The position numbers and the translations under genes were made by a program. 64,000 nt of DNA, from contig CAVUHW010000010.1 of assembly GCA_963741205.1 (NCBI GenBank), forward strand, positions 96,558 to 160,557. Direction: 5' to 3'. Numbering within the stretch: position 1 is the first letter of the stretch; each line of letters opens with the position of its first letter. The stretch comes from Nitrospirota bacterium. Lineage in GTDB: Bacteria > Nitrospirota > UBA9217. Below the pieces are notes generated by a model. The model did not search any database and was not told the origin of the DNA. It saw only the letters and a program-made list of their open reading frames with translations. Positions 10,264-20,174 of the stretch are shown here, piece after piece.

Positions 10264-10370
10264 GACTTTGCACCTCCTCCACTGGTTTCTGGATGAAAAG
10301 GGACCACATGACATTGAAACGAGACTGTTCGCTCGTATTGTTCAAGAATAAGCCGGTCTTGTTTTCTTTC

Positions 10371-10450
10371 TCGGCAGCCCGGCTGTATTACGTTTTCAAG
10401 ACGCTCAGTTCCACTTTACCTTTTGCGAATAGTTTGGCATTATCGGGGAC
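10371..10450 (-). ncRNA. Degenerate GEMM-I cyclic-dinucleotide riboswitch (c-di-GMP-I class, possible cGAMP variant)
   Basis: Minus strand CGATAATGCCAAACTATTC-GCAA...GTGGAACTG...ACAGCCGGGCTGCCGA resembles deltaproteobacterial GEMM-I aptamers; about 110 nt upstream of the lipoprotein start. Confidence 0.55.
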
Positions 10451-11300
10451 AACTACATTTAATCACTGGTATGATAAATCGTCAATTTCAAGCTTGCGCA
10501 ACTATTCACTTTATTACAGATATTATGTCCGGAGAAAAAACAGAGGGATTAACAGCGGGATTAAACTGAATGATGATAATCAAGATAAACGTTACATGAG
10601 TGAGCGGTGCATAAATGTTTTAAACAACGAAAGTAGTATGAAAGGATTGTGTCGCAGTATAAAAGAGCCCCGTCTGCTACTTTATCGAGACCTGCCAAAG
10701 GTTGCCTGACTTCGTCTCCGACCCTATCTCATAGCCAGGCAATGACTGTTCACGCTAAGAGTTTATGCTGCCAGAACCAGGATAAACTGGGTGACATTTT
10801 CAACCCGAGGTTCGACCCGAAATTCGCATTTTTTTAATCGCGCTAAGGCGAGAGTTAGTAAGTGGCATTGATGCCGACCGAGAAAAGGCAGTCCGATCTA
10901 TTCTGGTCGAAACGTTCAGTAACGACGTCATCCTGAAGGTGTTGTTTTTGACTGATACACTGAGATGCATGTTTCCTGTCGAATTTCTTGTGAAGGATAT
11001 TTGTTCGAGTCCACTATGGGGAGCCAGACATTCCCAAAACTGGACACGCATCCGCTCATAGCGAGAAGGTGCCAGTTTTATTTTTTCAATATCCGCAGCC
11101 CTCGTCGCATGACTTCCCTGTCGTATACCCTGTTGCCGTCGCCCCTGATTTCATCCGCCAGAACCTTTAGCTTTATTATTTGACACGATAATTGGAGAAG
11201 CCTAAAATCGATTTAATCCGTAGCCAAGTATTTTCCGACCCCCGTGTCACTTGACAAGGGGGCTATAGGATGTCCCCAAAGTCACCATTTGGAGGAAGTG

Positions 11301-11978
11301 ATGAAGCTACCTTTCACTGTTGAGCAGTTCTTTGATACGCTCGCAAGATACAACCTGAGTGTCTGGCCTATGCAGATCATCCTGATTGTGCTGGCGATCG
11401 CGGTTATCATTTTGCTATTCAGAGTCCGTCATTACAACAGCCGCCTTATCGCAGCCGTTCTGTCGTTCTTCTGGGCGTGGATGGCCATCGCTTACCATTT
11501 CACATTCTTCACCGCCATCAATCCTGCTGCATTGTTCTTTGGTGGATTCTTCTTGGTGGGTGCTCTTTGGTTTGCATGGATTGGCGTTCTCAAGAGCAAG
11601 CTCCAGTTTTCTCTTCATGGAGGCATTCGAGCTTGGCTCGGTGGTTTGCTCATAGTGTTCTCCCTTATCATCTACCCGCTAATCGGCTTCCTCTTCGGTC
11701 ATCGCTATCCCGCAACGCCTAACTTTGGTCTGCCGTGCCCCACAACGATTTTCACGCTTGGTATATTGTTATTTGGGGTGGTACCATTCCCACGGTCTGT
11801 TTTTATTGTCCCAGTGCTTTGGAGCGCGATAGGCTCTTTTGCTGCCTTCCAACTCAGAGTCCCTCAAGATTATGGGCTGCTAATCGCGGGATTGATCGGG
11901 CTAATTGCTGCTATTTTGCCGGCAAGAACTGCTAACCATGCCATGCACCGGATCGCGGATAAATCCGGCTCCCGGTGA
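11301..11978 (+). CDS. Integral membrane protein (DUF6064-like), probable gene cassette
   Basis: GGAGG RBS; PFTVEQFF, WPMQ, FGLPCPTTIFTLG; attC overlaps the 3' end. Confidence 0.8.
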   Translation: MKLPFTVEQFFDTLARYNLSVWPMQIILIVLAIAVIILLFRVRHYNSRLIAAVLSFFWAWMAIAYHFTFFTAINPAALFFGGFFLVGALWFAWIGVLKSKLQFSLHGGIRAWLGGLLIVFSLIIYPLIGFLFGHRYPATPNFGLPCPTTIFTLGILLFGVVPFPRSVFIVPVLWSAIGSFAAFQLRVPQDYGLLIAGLIGLIAAILPARTANHAMHRIADKSGSR

Positions 11979-11992
11979 TGACAACGTTATAG
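11930..11992 (+). other. Integron attC site
   Basis: R'' TGCTAAC, 5-nt spacer, L'' CATGCACC, central stem, L' GGTGATG, 5-nt spacer, R' GTTATAG; one extra base in L''. Confidence 0.75.
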
Positions 11993-12182
11993 CGATATAA
12001 ATTCTTTCGATTGCCCTGGATTCGTCTTTTTCGGGGAGCCGTGCCAGCCTCGAGCATCAATTCCGATTGTAAACTTCAGTGCGACTATCATCCTGAAGGT
12101 ATTGATTAAGCGACTCCTCAAAACTCCAATACTACACTTCGAATTTACTACCGACTAACCGTAGAATGCCTGTTCAATAGCG

Positions 12183-12211
12183 TTGACATATCGCGGCATC
12201 AAGCTTATATT
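12183..12211 (+). promoter_or_regulatory. Near-consensus sigma-70 promoter
   Basis: TTGACA-N17-TATATT upstream of the radical SAM gene. Confidence 0.7.
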
Positions 12212-12358
12212 TAGTTTCGTCAGATCATATGATTTGTCGGCTCGAAGGCGAGGTGACATGGATGTTACTCGGGGGCTGAAGCGCTACTGCGCGGCCGCAT
12301 CAACAGCCTGACCTATGATTTTATGCAGTGATTAAACCAGACTGGGTGAGCGCTGGAC

Positions 12359-13662
12359 ATGAAACCCCGAATCCTTCTCATTAATCCCTGGATACATGAC
12401 TTCGCCGCCTATAACCTCTGGGCAAGGCCCCTCGGCCTGCACAAAGTCGCGGAGTTCCTGAGTGCATTTGACGCCGAACTTCTTCTTATAGACTGCACGA
12501 ATTCATTCGAGTGGAACAAGCACGGCGTCGGCAAATACCGAAGTGAGATAATCCAAAAACCTGATCTGCTCCGCGGGGTGCCGAGATATTACAAGCGCTA
12601 CGGCATGTCCGTCAATGAATTCCGGCTTCGGCTCAAATCACTCCTGCCAATAGACATCGTCCTCATGACAGGGGTCATGACATACTGGTACCCGGGGGTG
12701 CAGGAGGCTATTTGGCATGTGCGCGACGTTTCTGGCAAGGTTCCCGTTGTCATCGGCGGCATTTATCCAACGCTATACCCCGATCACGCGCTCAAAAACA
12801 CCGGCGCGAGCGGTATTCACATGGGAAGGGTAGATGAGGGCCTCATCAGGATTTTTCATGATTTTGGGATAGTCATCGATCGCCGGCGCGGCCCTGTTTC
12901 ACACCATACCTTGGGGTTTCATGCTGATCAAGCATTTGCGCCGCTTCTTACGTCATCGGGATGCCCTTTTCACTGCTCCTACTGCGCATCGAATCTGCTT
13001 TATCCTGTTTACGAAAAACGATCCGCAACGGATATCTTAAACGAGATTCGGCGACTGGCCGCTCTCGGGGTAAGCGACTTCGCGTTTTACGATGATGCGT
13101 TGCTATACCGGTCCAGTGAGCATATCAAGCCCCTCCTTGAGGGTATAATCCGGTCCGGCCTCTGCGTCCGGCTTCACGCCCCGAATGGCCTGCACGCCCG
13201 CTTCATAGATCCCGATCTGGCATATTTGATGAGAGAGTCCGGCTTTGCGACCATACGGCTTGGTCTCGAGACCGTAGATTCCTCAAGGCAGGGAAAAACC
13301 GGTGGGAAGGTGGCGAATGCAGATTTCGAAAGGGCGGTCATACATTTGAAACGGGCTGGATTCACAAGGGTCCAAATCGGCGCATATCTGCTGTATCGGA
13401 TTGCCTGATCAGGGACTGGAAGAGGTCGAGAGGGGAGTAGAATTCCTGGAAGGGCAGGATGTGCACATCCATTTAGCGGAATTTTCTCCGATAAGGGGTA
13501 CGGCCTCCTGGGATGATCTGGTAACGCTGGCGCGTCATTACTGACGATCTCGACCCGCTTCTTACGAACAACACTGCTTTTTCGTACCTGTATTCCGGGT
13601 ATGATTGGGACATGGTGAACAAGCTGAAGATCAGGGTAAAGGCCCATAACCAGGCCATCTGA
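12359..13662 (+). CDS. Cobalamin-binding radical SAM protein (frameshifts after about 13390)
   Basis: ILLINPW, PLGL, VIGGIYPTL, GCPFHCSYC, FYDD, LGLET; C-terminus continues in other frames. Confidence 0.88.
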
Positions 13663-13751
13663 TTATTTCTGAATAAATCTCCGGCACCCCCTATGATGTG
13701 TCCTTAGTGCCCTGTGAGTAATCGTGGACTTGGCTTCCCAGTGAGGGTTAA

Positions 13752-14045
13752 ATGGATACCGATGATTTGACAGAAATGGCTTATGCTACTATCTCAATTG
13801 CCAACGAAGTCCTTGACGCACTCCGCTTGGAAATTGGCGCTTCCGCAAAAGATTACTTGTCAGAGGATGATTTTTTGACAGGCACACTTTCAAATCTAAA
13901 AGATATTCTCGCTGATCCTGAGAGCTACTTGGATTCGTGGAATTACATGGATACAGTAAACTCGAAACGCTTTGCAAAGGGGATTGAGAAAATAATTCGC
14001 CTAGTCGAGATAGAGAAGGCTGCCCTGTTCGGGATGAAATGTTGA
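13752..14045 (+). CDS. Hypothetical protein
   Basis: 97-aa ORF with GAGG RBS. Confidence 0.6.
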   Translation: MDTDDLTEMAYATISIANEVLDALRLEIGASAKDYLSEDDFLTGTLSNLKDILADPESYLDSWNYMDTVNSKRFAKGIEKIIRLVEIEKAALFGMKC

Positions 14046-14208
14046 ACCACAACGTCATCCTGAAATAAACGGCAGCATCAGGTCTCAGAAACGAGAACTT
14101 CATTTCGAATTTAATATACCCATTCGAGTCCGGCATGGGGACGGCAGTCGTTTCACGGATTGGAGAGGAGACTTTATCGTGGCGTAATCCGGAAGTTCTG
14201 TTAACTCC

Positions 14209-15021
14209 CTAACGCCGGGGCACCTTCCCCGGATCATCAGGCGCAACCATCATGTTCCGGACGTCGATCATCGATTGTTCGCTTACATCGAGCAAACCTT
14301 CCTGCGGAAGGTCTAGATCGGCAATCAGCAGGATGATAAGCGAAAAAGTCAGCGCGAGCGATAGGATAATGGGGGACCTTTTCGATCCGGACAGCCCGGC
14401 ATGATACCCCATTCCTCCCATTGCCAGCGACGAAATGAGATAAAGCGCCATCCAGATGCTGCCGGGAATATGGTTTCGCGTAACCAGCATGACGCGTTTT
14501 GCATGGAGATCCATCAGGCTGTTCAACGACTGGATGAAAAGTCCGACAACCGATTCCCGCGGATACTTTCTCCCGAGGACCTCGGTCTGGGCCCAGAGCT
14601 GGCGTTGGAGCTTCTCTGATCTTGTGATAGTCTGTTCGTAAGTCCGCCGTTGAACACCCGCCACGCGCATGTCGACGTACTCGCGCAGGATGCTGCGAAC
14701 TTGCGAGCGATGCGGCTCTTCCAGCAGGCCAGCGCGCTGATAAGTCGTCCCGATTGCATTGGCCTCTTCGAGCACCGCCATTTTCCTTGCATCGAAGCGA
14801 GTAGCGGCAAGCCCGAAGGTAAAGGCAAGCATGAATGCCAAGAGTCCGAGCATTGCCCCCACCACCGCACCAACCGGCGTTTCTTTTTCCTGGTCCGAGC
14901 GTTGACGACGCCTGGACCCGAGCTGATAGCCGCCCTCAATCGACACCAGAACGATCGCAACAGTAGCTGCAAACAACGCCCAGAGCGGCAAGCTAGCAAG
15001 CGCCCCTTCGATGGTCTTCAT
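14209..15021 (-). CDS. Membrane protein, DUF4239/bestrophin-like
   Basis: LLAFMLAFTF, EEANAIGTTY.RA, IADLD.P. Confidence 0.8.
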   Translation of the reverse strand: MKTIEGALASLPLWALFAATVAIVLVSIEGGYQLGSRRRQRSDQEKETPVGAVVGAMLGLLAFMLAFTFGLAATRFDARKMAVLEEANAIGTTYQRAGLLEEPHRSQVRSILREYVDMRVAGVQRRTYEQTITRSEKLQRQLWAQTEVLGRKYPRESVVGLFIQSLNSLMDLHAKRVMLVTRNHIPGSIWMALYLISSLAMGGMGYHAGLSGSKRSPIILSLALTFSLIILLIADLDLPQEGLLDVSEQSMIDVRNMMVAPDDPGKVPRR

Positions 15022-15601
15022 CTATAATCCTCATGAACTGCCCTGATCGCATACGTTGACCGCGGCCTTCTTTCGGCCACATCAATGTCTTCACATCGCC
15101 GGACATGCCGATAAGGAAACAATGAATATACCTTAGCAGATTTTGGACGTTCGTCAAGCCAGTGTGGCGGGGCCTATGCGGGTAAAAATCCATGCCCGCT
15201 CGGCACAGAAAACACGAAGGAAGTACCTTTAGGAGGAGTTCATGTGTAAGATACAACTGCCATCCTTCATCTTCGCGTCATTGTTCGCCAGTGCGCACTA
15301 CGAGATAAAGTCCGTATTATCAAAAAAGTGAAACTCTCATGAAGTACCTTCCTGAAACAGTATTGTTTCCATTCCTATAAACAATCAATAGTTCGTACTG
15401 TAATCTCGGTTATAAAGCCCGCTATTTCTTGTTTATCCAATGCAATACCCCCAAATTCCCGTCTCATCTTGTGCTAGAATTTAAGAGTCTTTAAACTGTT
15501 AAAATGTGGTATCTTGCGCGGTCTCGCTCCAGCCGGGGCAGTGAGTCATGCTGCTGAGTTTGAATATTAGGCACACAAAGAGTGGCTTTGGAGGTCAGCA
15601 C

Positions 15602-16379
15602 ATGAAGAAAGTCACAGCGTTCGTCGGCACTGCTCGCAAGAAGCACACCTATTACGCGGTTCGCCAGTTCCTGGATAACCTGCAAGTCGCTCGGTGACGT
15701 CGAATACGAGATCGTCGCTCTCACTGACTACCGGGTGGAGATGTGCCGGGGTTGCAAGAACTGCTTTCGCAAGGGCGAGGAGTTCTGCCCGCTGAAGGAC
15801 GACCGGGACGTGCTCATCGAGAAGATGATGACGTCGGACGGGGTGGTCTTCGCAACCCCGAACTACTCGTACCAGGTCTCAGCGATCATGAAGATGTTTC
15901 TCGACAGGCTCGGCTTTGTGTTCCATCGTCCGCGCTTCTTCGGCAAGACCTTTACCAGCATCGTGGCCCAGGGTATCTACGGCGGGTCGAAGATAGTGAA
16001 GTACCTGGACTTCGTGGGCATGGGCCTTGGTTTCAACGTGGTCAAGGGAAGTTGTACTACAGCCCTCGACCCGATGAGTGAGAAGGAACGAGAAAAGATC
16101 GACAGCATCGTTGCAGGGCACAGCAAGAGGTTCCACGCCGGACTGTCGCAGCCACAGTATCCCGTCCCGGCGCTTTTCAAGCTCTGGGCCTTCAGGGCGG
16201 CCCGGACGAGTATGCGGGTGATGCTCGACGAAACCTCTCGCGACTTTACGTACTACCGGGACAAGGGCTGGTTCGAAGCCGACTACTTCTATCCCACGCG
16301 CTTAGGCGTGCTGAAGAAGGCGACAGGCAGTCTCGTCGACTCGATAACAGCGCGCATGACGAGTAACAGGGAAAGTTAG
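15602..16379 (+). CDS. Flavodoxin-family NAD(P)H-dependent FMN reductase / iron-sulfur flavoprotein (frameshift near 15690)
   Basis: GGAGG RBS, MKKVTAFVGTARK, CRGCKNC...CPLKDD, VFATPNY. Confidence 0.85.
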
Positions 16380-16436
16380 CCGGCGCTGTCACGTGAGCCT
16401 AGAAATGATCTTGTCAGGCCGCTAGAGGAGAACATC

Positions 16437-17363
16437 ATGACGACCATCAATGCTTTCATCAAGAGACATCCGGTGCTGACCTATTTCGCCCTAGCGTTCG
16501 CCATCTCATGGGGCGGTGTACTCCTGGTCATCGGCGGACCTGGCGCAATCCCGGGCACCGAGAAGCAAGTCGAGACGCTGTTCCCGTTCGTGATGCTGGC
16601 GTGGTTCGCCGGCCCCAGCGTAGCAGGCATCCTGTTGACCGGCCTCGTCGATGGGAGGGCGGGCTTTCGCAACCTCCTTCACGGAATGACGAGGTGGCGG
16701 GTGGGCGCACGCTGGTACGCGGTCGCGCTCCTGACCGCCCCGCTCTTCTACACGGCGGTACTCTTTGCGCTCTCGCTAACCTCCCCTGAGTTCCTCCCCG
16801 GCATACTCACCACGAGCGACAAGGCGTCCCTGCTGCTGTTCGGTATCGCGTATGGGCTTATAGGCGGCGGCCTCCTGGAGGAACTCGGCTGGACGGGGTT
16901 CGCCGTGCCCAGGCTGAGGCTGCGTTACGGTGTCCTCGTCACCGGGCTCATCGTGGGGGTGCTGTGGGGAGCGCTGCACTTCTCGGTGATCTTCTGGCTC
17001 AGCCGCAGTACCATCGGAGGGCTCCCGCTGGCCCTCTTCCTGACCGTGAGAGGCTTCGATCTTCTTGTCGGGGGACTGCCGGCCTTCAGGGTGCTCATGG
17101 TGTGGGTCTACGACCGTACGGGAAGCCTGCTCGTGGCGATGCTCATGCACGCGAGTCTCTCAGCCAGCATGCTGATCCTCGGTCCTCCGGCGATATCAGG
17201 GGTGCCCTTCTTGACCTACTGCCTCGTATCGTCCGTCGCGATGTGGGTCGTCGTCGCCGCGGTCGCTGTGGTCAACCGCTGGCAGCTCTCGCGACAACCG
17301 CTCTCGGGGCCAAGGGAAATGCGTGACAAACACATTGTTCCGGGGGCTGATGATGCGGGATGA
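16437..17363 (+). CDS. CPBP (CAAX/Abi) intramembrane metalloprotease
   Basis: EELGW, WGALH, MLMHAS motifs; multi-TM. Confidence 0.88.
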   Translation: MTTINAFIKRHPVLTYFALAFAISWGGVLLVIGGPGAIPGTEKQVETLFPFVMLAWFAGPSVAGILLTGLVDGRAGFRNLLHGMTRWRVGARWYAVALLTAPLFYTAVLFALSLTSPEFLPGILTTSDKASLLLFGIAYGLIGGGLLEELGWTGFAVPRLRLRYGVLVTGLIVGVLWGALHFSVIFWLSRSTIGGLPLALFLTVRGFDLLVGGLPAFRVLMVWVYDRTGSLLVAMLMHASLSASMLILGPPAISGVPFLTYCLVSSVAMWVVVAAVAVVNRWQLSRQPLSGPREMRDKHIVPGADDAG

Positions 17364-17394
17364 ATGATGACTTGTAAAACAAGTAGGATAGAGA

Positions 17395-18066
17395 ATGAAA
17401 ACGACAATTTTAAGCTCAACAGGTTTTTCAGGAAATATCTCGTTGGGAAAAGGCTTGCTCATCTGCGGCATCCTCACTTCACTGCTGTATGTAGCTTCCG
17501 ACATCGTCGCGGCCATGAGCTGGGAAGGCTACAGCTACACTGCACAAACCGTCAGCGAGTTGAGGGCTATCGGGGCGCCGACAAGACCTTTCCTGGTTCC
17601 GGTTCTTATAATCTATGCTTTGCTTGAAATCGCATTCGGATGGGGCGTCCGGGGAGCGGCCGGACAAAAGCGCGCTCTGCGTATTGCGGGAGTTCTGCTG
17701 ATTGGACTCGGGGTTGTCGACTTAGCGGCGCCATTTTTCCCGATGCACCTTCGCGGAACTGAGTCAACGCTGACCGATACGATGCACATCATTCTCACGG
17801 TTGTGACCGTGCTCTTGATTCTGCTGATTATCGGTTTCGGATCTGCCGCGGACGGAAAGCAGTTCCGCGTCTACTCGATCGCGACTATCTTGATACTATT
17901 CGCGTGCGGATCTTGGGCATTTTGGGATGCTCCCCGGATTGGAGCCAACCTGCCGACGCCGTGGGTCGGGGTGAGGGAGCGCATCAACATCTACGGGTAC
18001 ATGCTCTGGATGGCGGTGCTGGCTATTGTCCTCTTGCGCGCCCGAAATTCCACAGCCCACAGATGA
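17395..18066 (+). CDS. DUF998-family membrane protein
   Basis: YSYTAQTVSEL, DTMH, GVRERI. Confidence 0.8.
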   Translation: MKTTILSSTGFSGNISLGKGLLICGILTSLLYVASDIVAAMSWEGYSYTAQTVSELRAIGAPTRPFLVPVLIIYALLEIAFGWGVRGAAGQKRALRIAGVLLIGLGVVDLAAPFFPMHLRGTESTLTDTMHIILTVVTVLLILLIIGFGSAADGKQFRVYSIATILILFACGSWAFWDAPRIGANLPTPWVGVRERINIYGYMLWMAVLAIVLLRARNSTAHR

Positions 18067-18229
18067 CCTTGGTAAAGAATTGCTTCTGGCTGGATTGGGC
18101 CAGGTTGGAGCTGCCTTGGTTTCGCAGACGGTCCGTTCTTCTTAGATAAAATTGCGATAATAATTTCCTTAACGAGTCCATCGAGCCGTTGAAAACTTCG
18201 CAACTCGTTGTAAAGTGATTTGCGTTCTT

Positions 18230-18520
18230 TCAACTGCCCTGTTTCGTCATCCCTGGGGAGCCAATAACCACGTAACGGGGCATCCCGCACTAGGTGCGGA
18301 ATCGATTTCCTTGCGTTTTACTTTTCGACTTTGCCGGACTATAACTAGGGTCTGGCATCGACCCTCCGCATTCCCCCTCAACTCCGTTGTATGTTTTACT
18401 ATACCGATATTATTTGACATGGCCATCGAACGAGCCTAAAATCGTTCATCAAATCGCAGTGTATTTTCAGGCCCCCGTGTTACAGAAACGGGGCCATCTC
18501 GTCCCACTAATACGGGACTT
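18230..18520 (-). pseudogene. Possible decayed IS66 transposase C-terminal remnant
   Basis: Minus-strand *WDEMAPFL*HGGLKIHCDLMNDFR and GNAEG loosely resemble the IS66 QW..L.RFL.DG.LEIDNN and GS..G motifs. Confidence 0.3.
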
Positions 18521-18628
18521 CGGGAAAAGTAGTGACGGTTATCGTCCTTATAACAGTGATATTCCCAAAATCCGTTGCTATCTATCCATTATCATTATTA
18601 CCTTGTTAATGATAAGGAGAATGTATGT

Positions 18629-18866
18629 ATGAGTAAAAAGCCGGTTGCTGCTGGGAAAAGCAGCTTTGATTTAATTAACCCATCAGATTTTTACTCAAAT
18701 ATCAAAATCCATCCAAGCGCTCAAGTACTTGATGTGGCCTGTGGGGTTGGACGATATAGTATCGAAATTTCAAAGTTCTTAGATGAAAAAGGCTTGATCC
18801 ATGCCGTAGATTTATGGGAGGAGGGAATTGAGAGTCTAAAAAACTCGATACGAGAAAAAGGCATAT
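18629..18866 (+). pseudogene. Class I SAM-dependent methyltransferase, N-terminal part cut at the junction
   Basis: AAGGAG RBS, VLDVACGVG; sequence switches abruptly to high GC after IREKGI. Confidence 0.8.
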
Positions 18867-19040
18867 CAGCCGGTCCTCGGGCTCCTCCTCGAAGCCGATG
18901 CGCACGATGCCCTCGGCGCCCTGGACGACCAGCAGGCGCCCGATCGGCGTGCTCAACCGCGTGAACACGGCGTCGGCGAGCCCCTCGCGCACGGCGGCCG
19001 AGGCGAGCGAATCCAGGAACTTCTCGGAGAGCGGGGTCAT
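18867..19040 (-). pseudogene. Methylated-DNA-protein-cysteine methyltransferase (Ogt-like) N-terminus, cut at the junction
   Basis: GLADAVFTRLSTPIGRLLVV...GIVRIGF, typical of the actinobacterial MGMT N-domain; catalytic PCHR region absent. Confidence 0.65.
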
Positions 19041-19510
19041 GACGGGAGCCTCTCGCGGAGGGAGCGGACGGCGGTGGATACGCGCTGGCGCGCGGCGACG
19101 GGCGAGCAGTCCAGCGCGGCGCCGATCGCGTCGTAGTCGAGGTCCTCGACGAAGCGCAGGATCAGCGCCGTGCGCGCCGCCTCGGGCAGCGGCGCGATCA
19201 GCGCCTCGAAGCCGCCGTCGTCGTGGTCGTCCTCGACCGAGACGACCGGCGGCTCGTCGGTGACCACCTCGCGCTTGCGCGAGCGGTGCAGGTCGAAGGC
19301 GGTCGTGGTGGTGATGCGATAGAGCCAGGCGCGCAGGTGCCGGGCGTGGCGCAGGCGCGGGTAGGCGCGCAGCGCGCGCAGGAACGCCTCTTGGAGCACG
19401 TCCTCGGCGTGCTGCTCGCCGGCCAGCTTGCGGGCGTGGACGAGCAGCTCGTCGCCGTGGTCCTCCACCAGCGACCAGAACGGGGGCAGCGCCACGGCGA
19501 TCGCGATCAC
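19037..19510 (-). CDS. ECF RNA polymerase sigma factor
   Basis: AEDVLQEAFLRAL, LRAWLYRI, region 4 ALILRF...YDAIG. Confidence 0.9.
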   Translation of the reverse strand: MIAIAVALPPFWSLVEDHGDELLVHARKLAGEQHAEDVLQEAFLRALRAYPRLRHARHLRAWLYRITTTTAFDLHRSRKREVVTDEPPVVSVEDDHDDGGFEALIAPLPEAARTALILRFVEDLDYDAIGAALDCSPVAARQRVSTAVRSLRERLPS

Positions 19511-19544
19511 ACCCCTACAACGGGCGAGGGCCCGACGTTGTGAG

Positions 19545-20165
19545 TCAGCGTCTCGAGCTGCCCTGCGGCGTCGCGGCCCGCTCGCGCGCACGTCTCTGCC
19601 TGCGCCGCCCGACGAACGCGAGCACGCCGAGCGCCGCGGCCACCAGCAGGAAGCCCCAGAACCACGCCACGGCGCCGATGCCGCCGAACGGCAGCGCGAT
19701 CAGCTTGACGATGCCGTAGCCGAGCGCGAGCAGCACGATGACCGCCAGGATCAGCAGCAGGACGCCGCGGGCCCGCAGGTACCACGGCGAGCCCGGGGGA
19801 GGCGCGATCAGCCCGAGCACGCGCAGCATCAGCAGCTGGCGGTTCGTCGGCGGCGTCTGGCCGAGCTTCTCGGCCGCCACCTTGAGGTCGCCGGCGCGGC
19901 GCTCGGCCAGCGCCAGCGAGGCCTCGGCCATCTGGCGCAGCTTCAGGCGGTCCTGCGGCCGGGCGGCGGCGATCGCGGCGCGGAAGTGCTCGCGGGATTT
20001 CTTCGCGTCCATCCGCTCGGCGGCACGGGCGCCCAGCAGCGCCTGAGCGGCGGCCTTCTGGCGGGTCTCCTGCTCGAGCTCCTCGTCGGACAGGGTCTGA
20101 AGCCGCTCCATCGCGGCGAGCGCGGACTTGGACTCGATGCGAACCTGGCGCGGCTTCGGAGGCAT
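19545..20165 (-). CDS. Hypothetical membrane protein (helical N-terminus, two C-terminal TM segments)
   Basis: 206-aa ORF with high-GC coding bias. Confidence 0.7.
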   Translation of the reverse strand: MPPKPRQVRIESKSALAAMERLQTLSDEELEQETRQKAAAQALLGARAAERMDAKKSREHFRAAIAAARPQDRLKLRQMAEASLALAERRAGDLKVAAEKLGQTPPTNRQLLMLRVLGLIAPPPGSPWYLRARGVLLLILAVIVLLALGYGIVKLIALPFGGIGAVAWFWGFLLVAAALGVLAFVGRRRQRRARERAATPQGSSRR

Positions 20166-20174
20166 GAATGAAGT

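Noticed and set aside
10293-11183. ORFs in the AT-rich 10.3-11.2 kb spacer
   Set aside because: No RBS or recognisable motifs; one overlaps the riboswitch; probably regulatory or decayed DNA
18575-19040. Fusion ORFs spanning 18866
   Set aside because: Read-through products of the junction between two unrelated sequences
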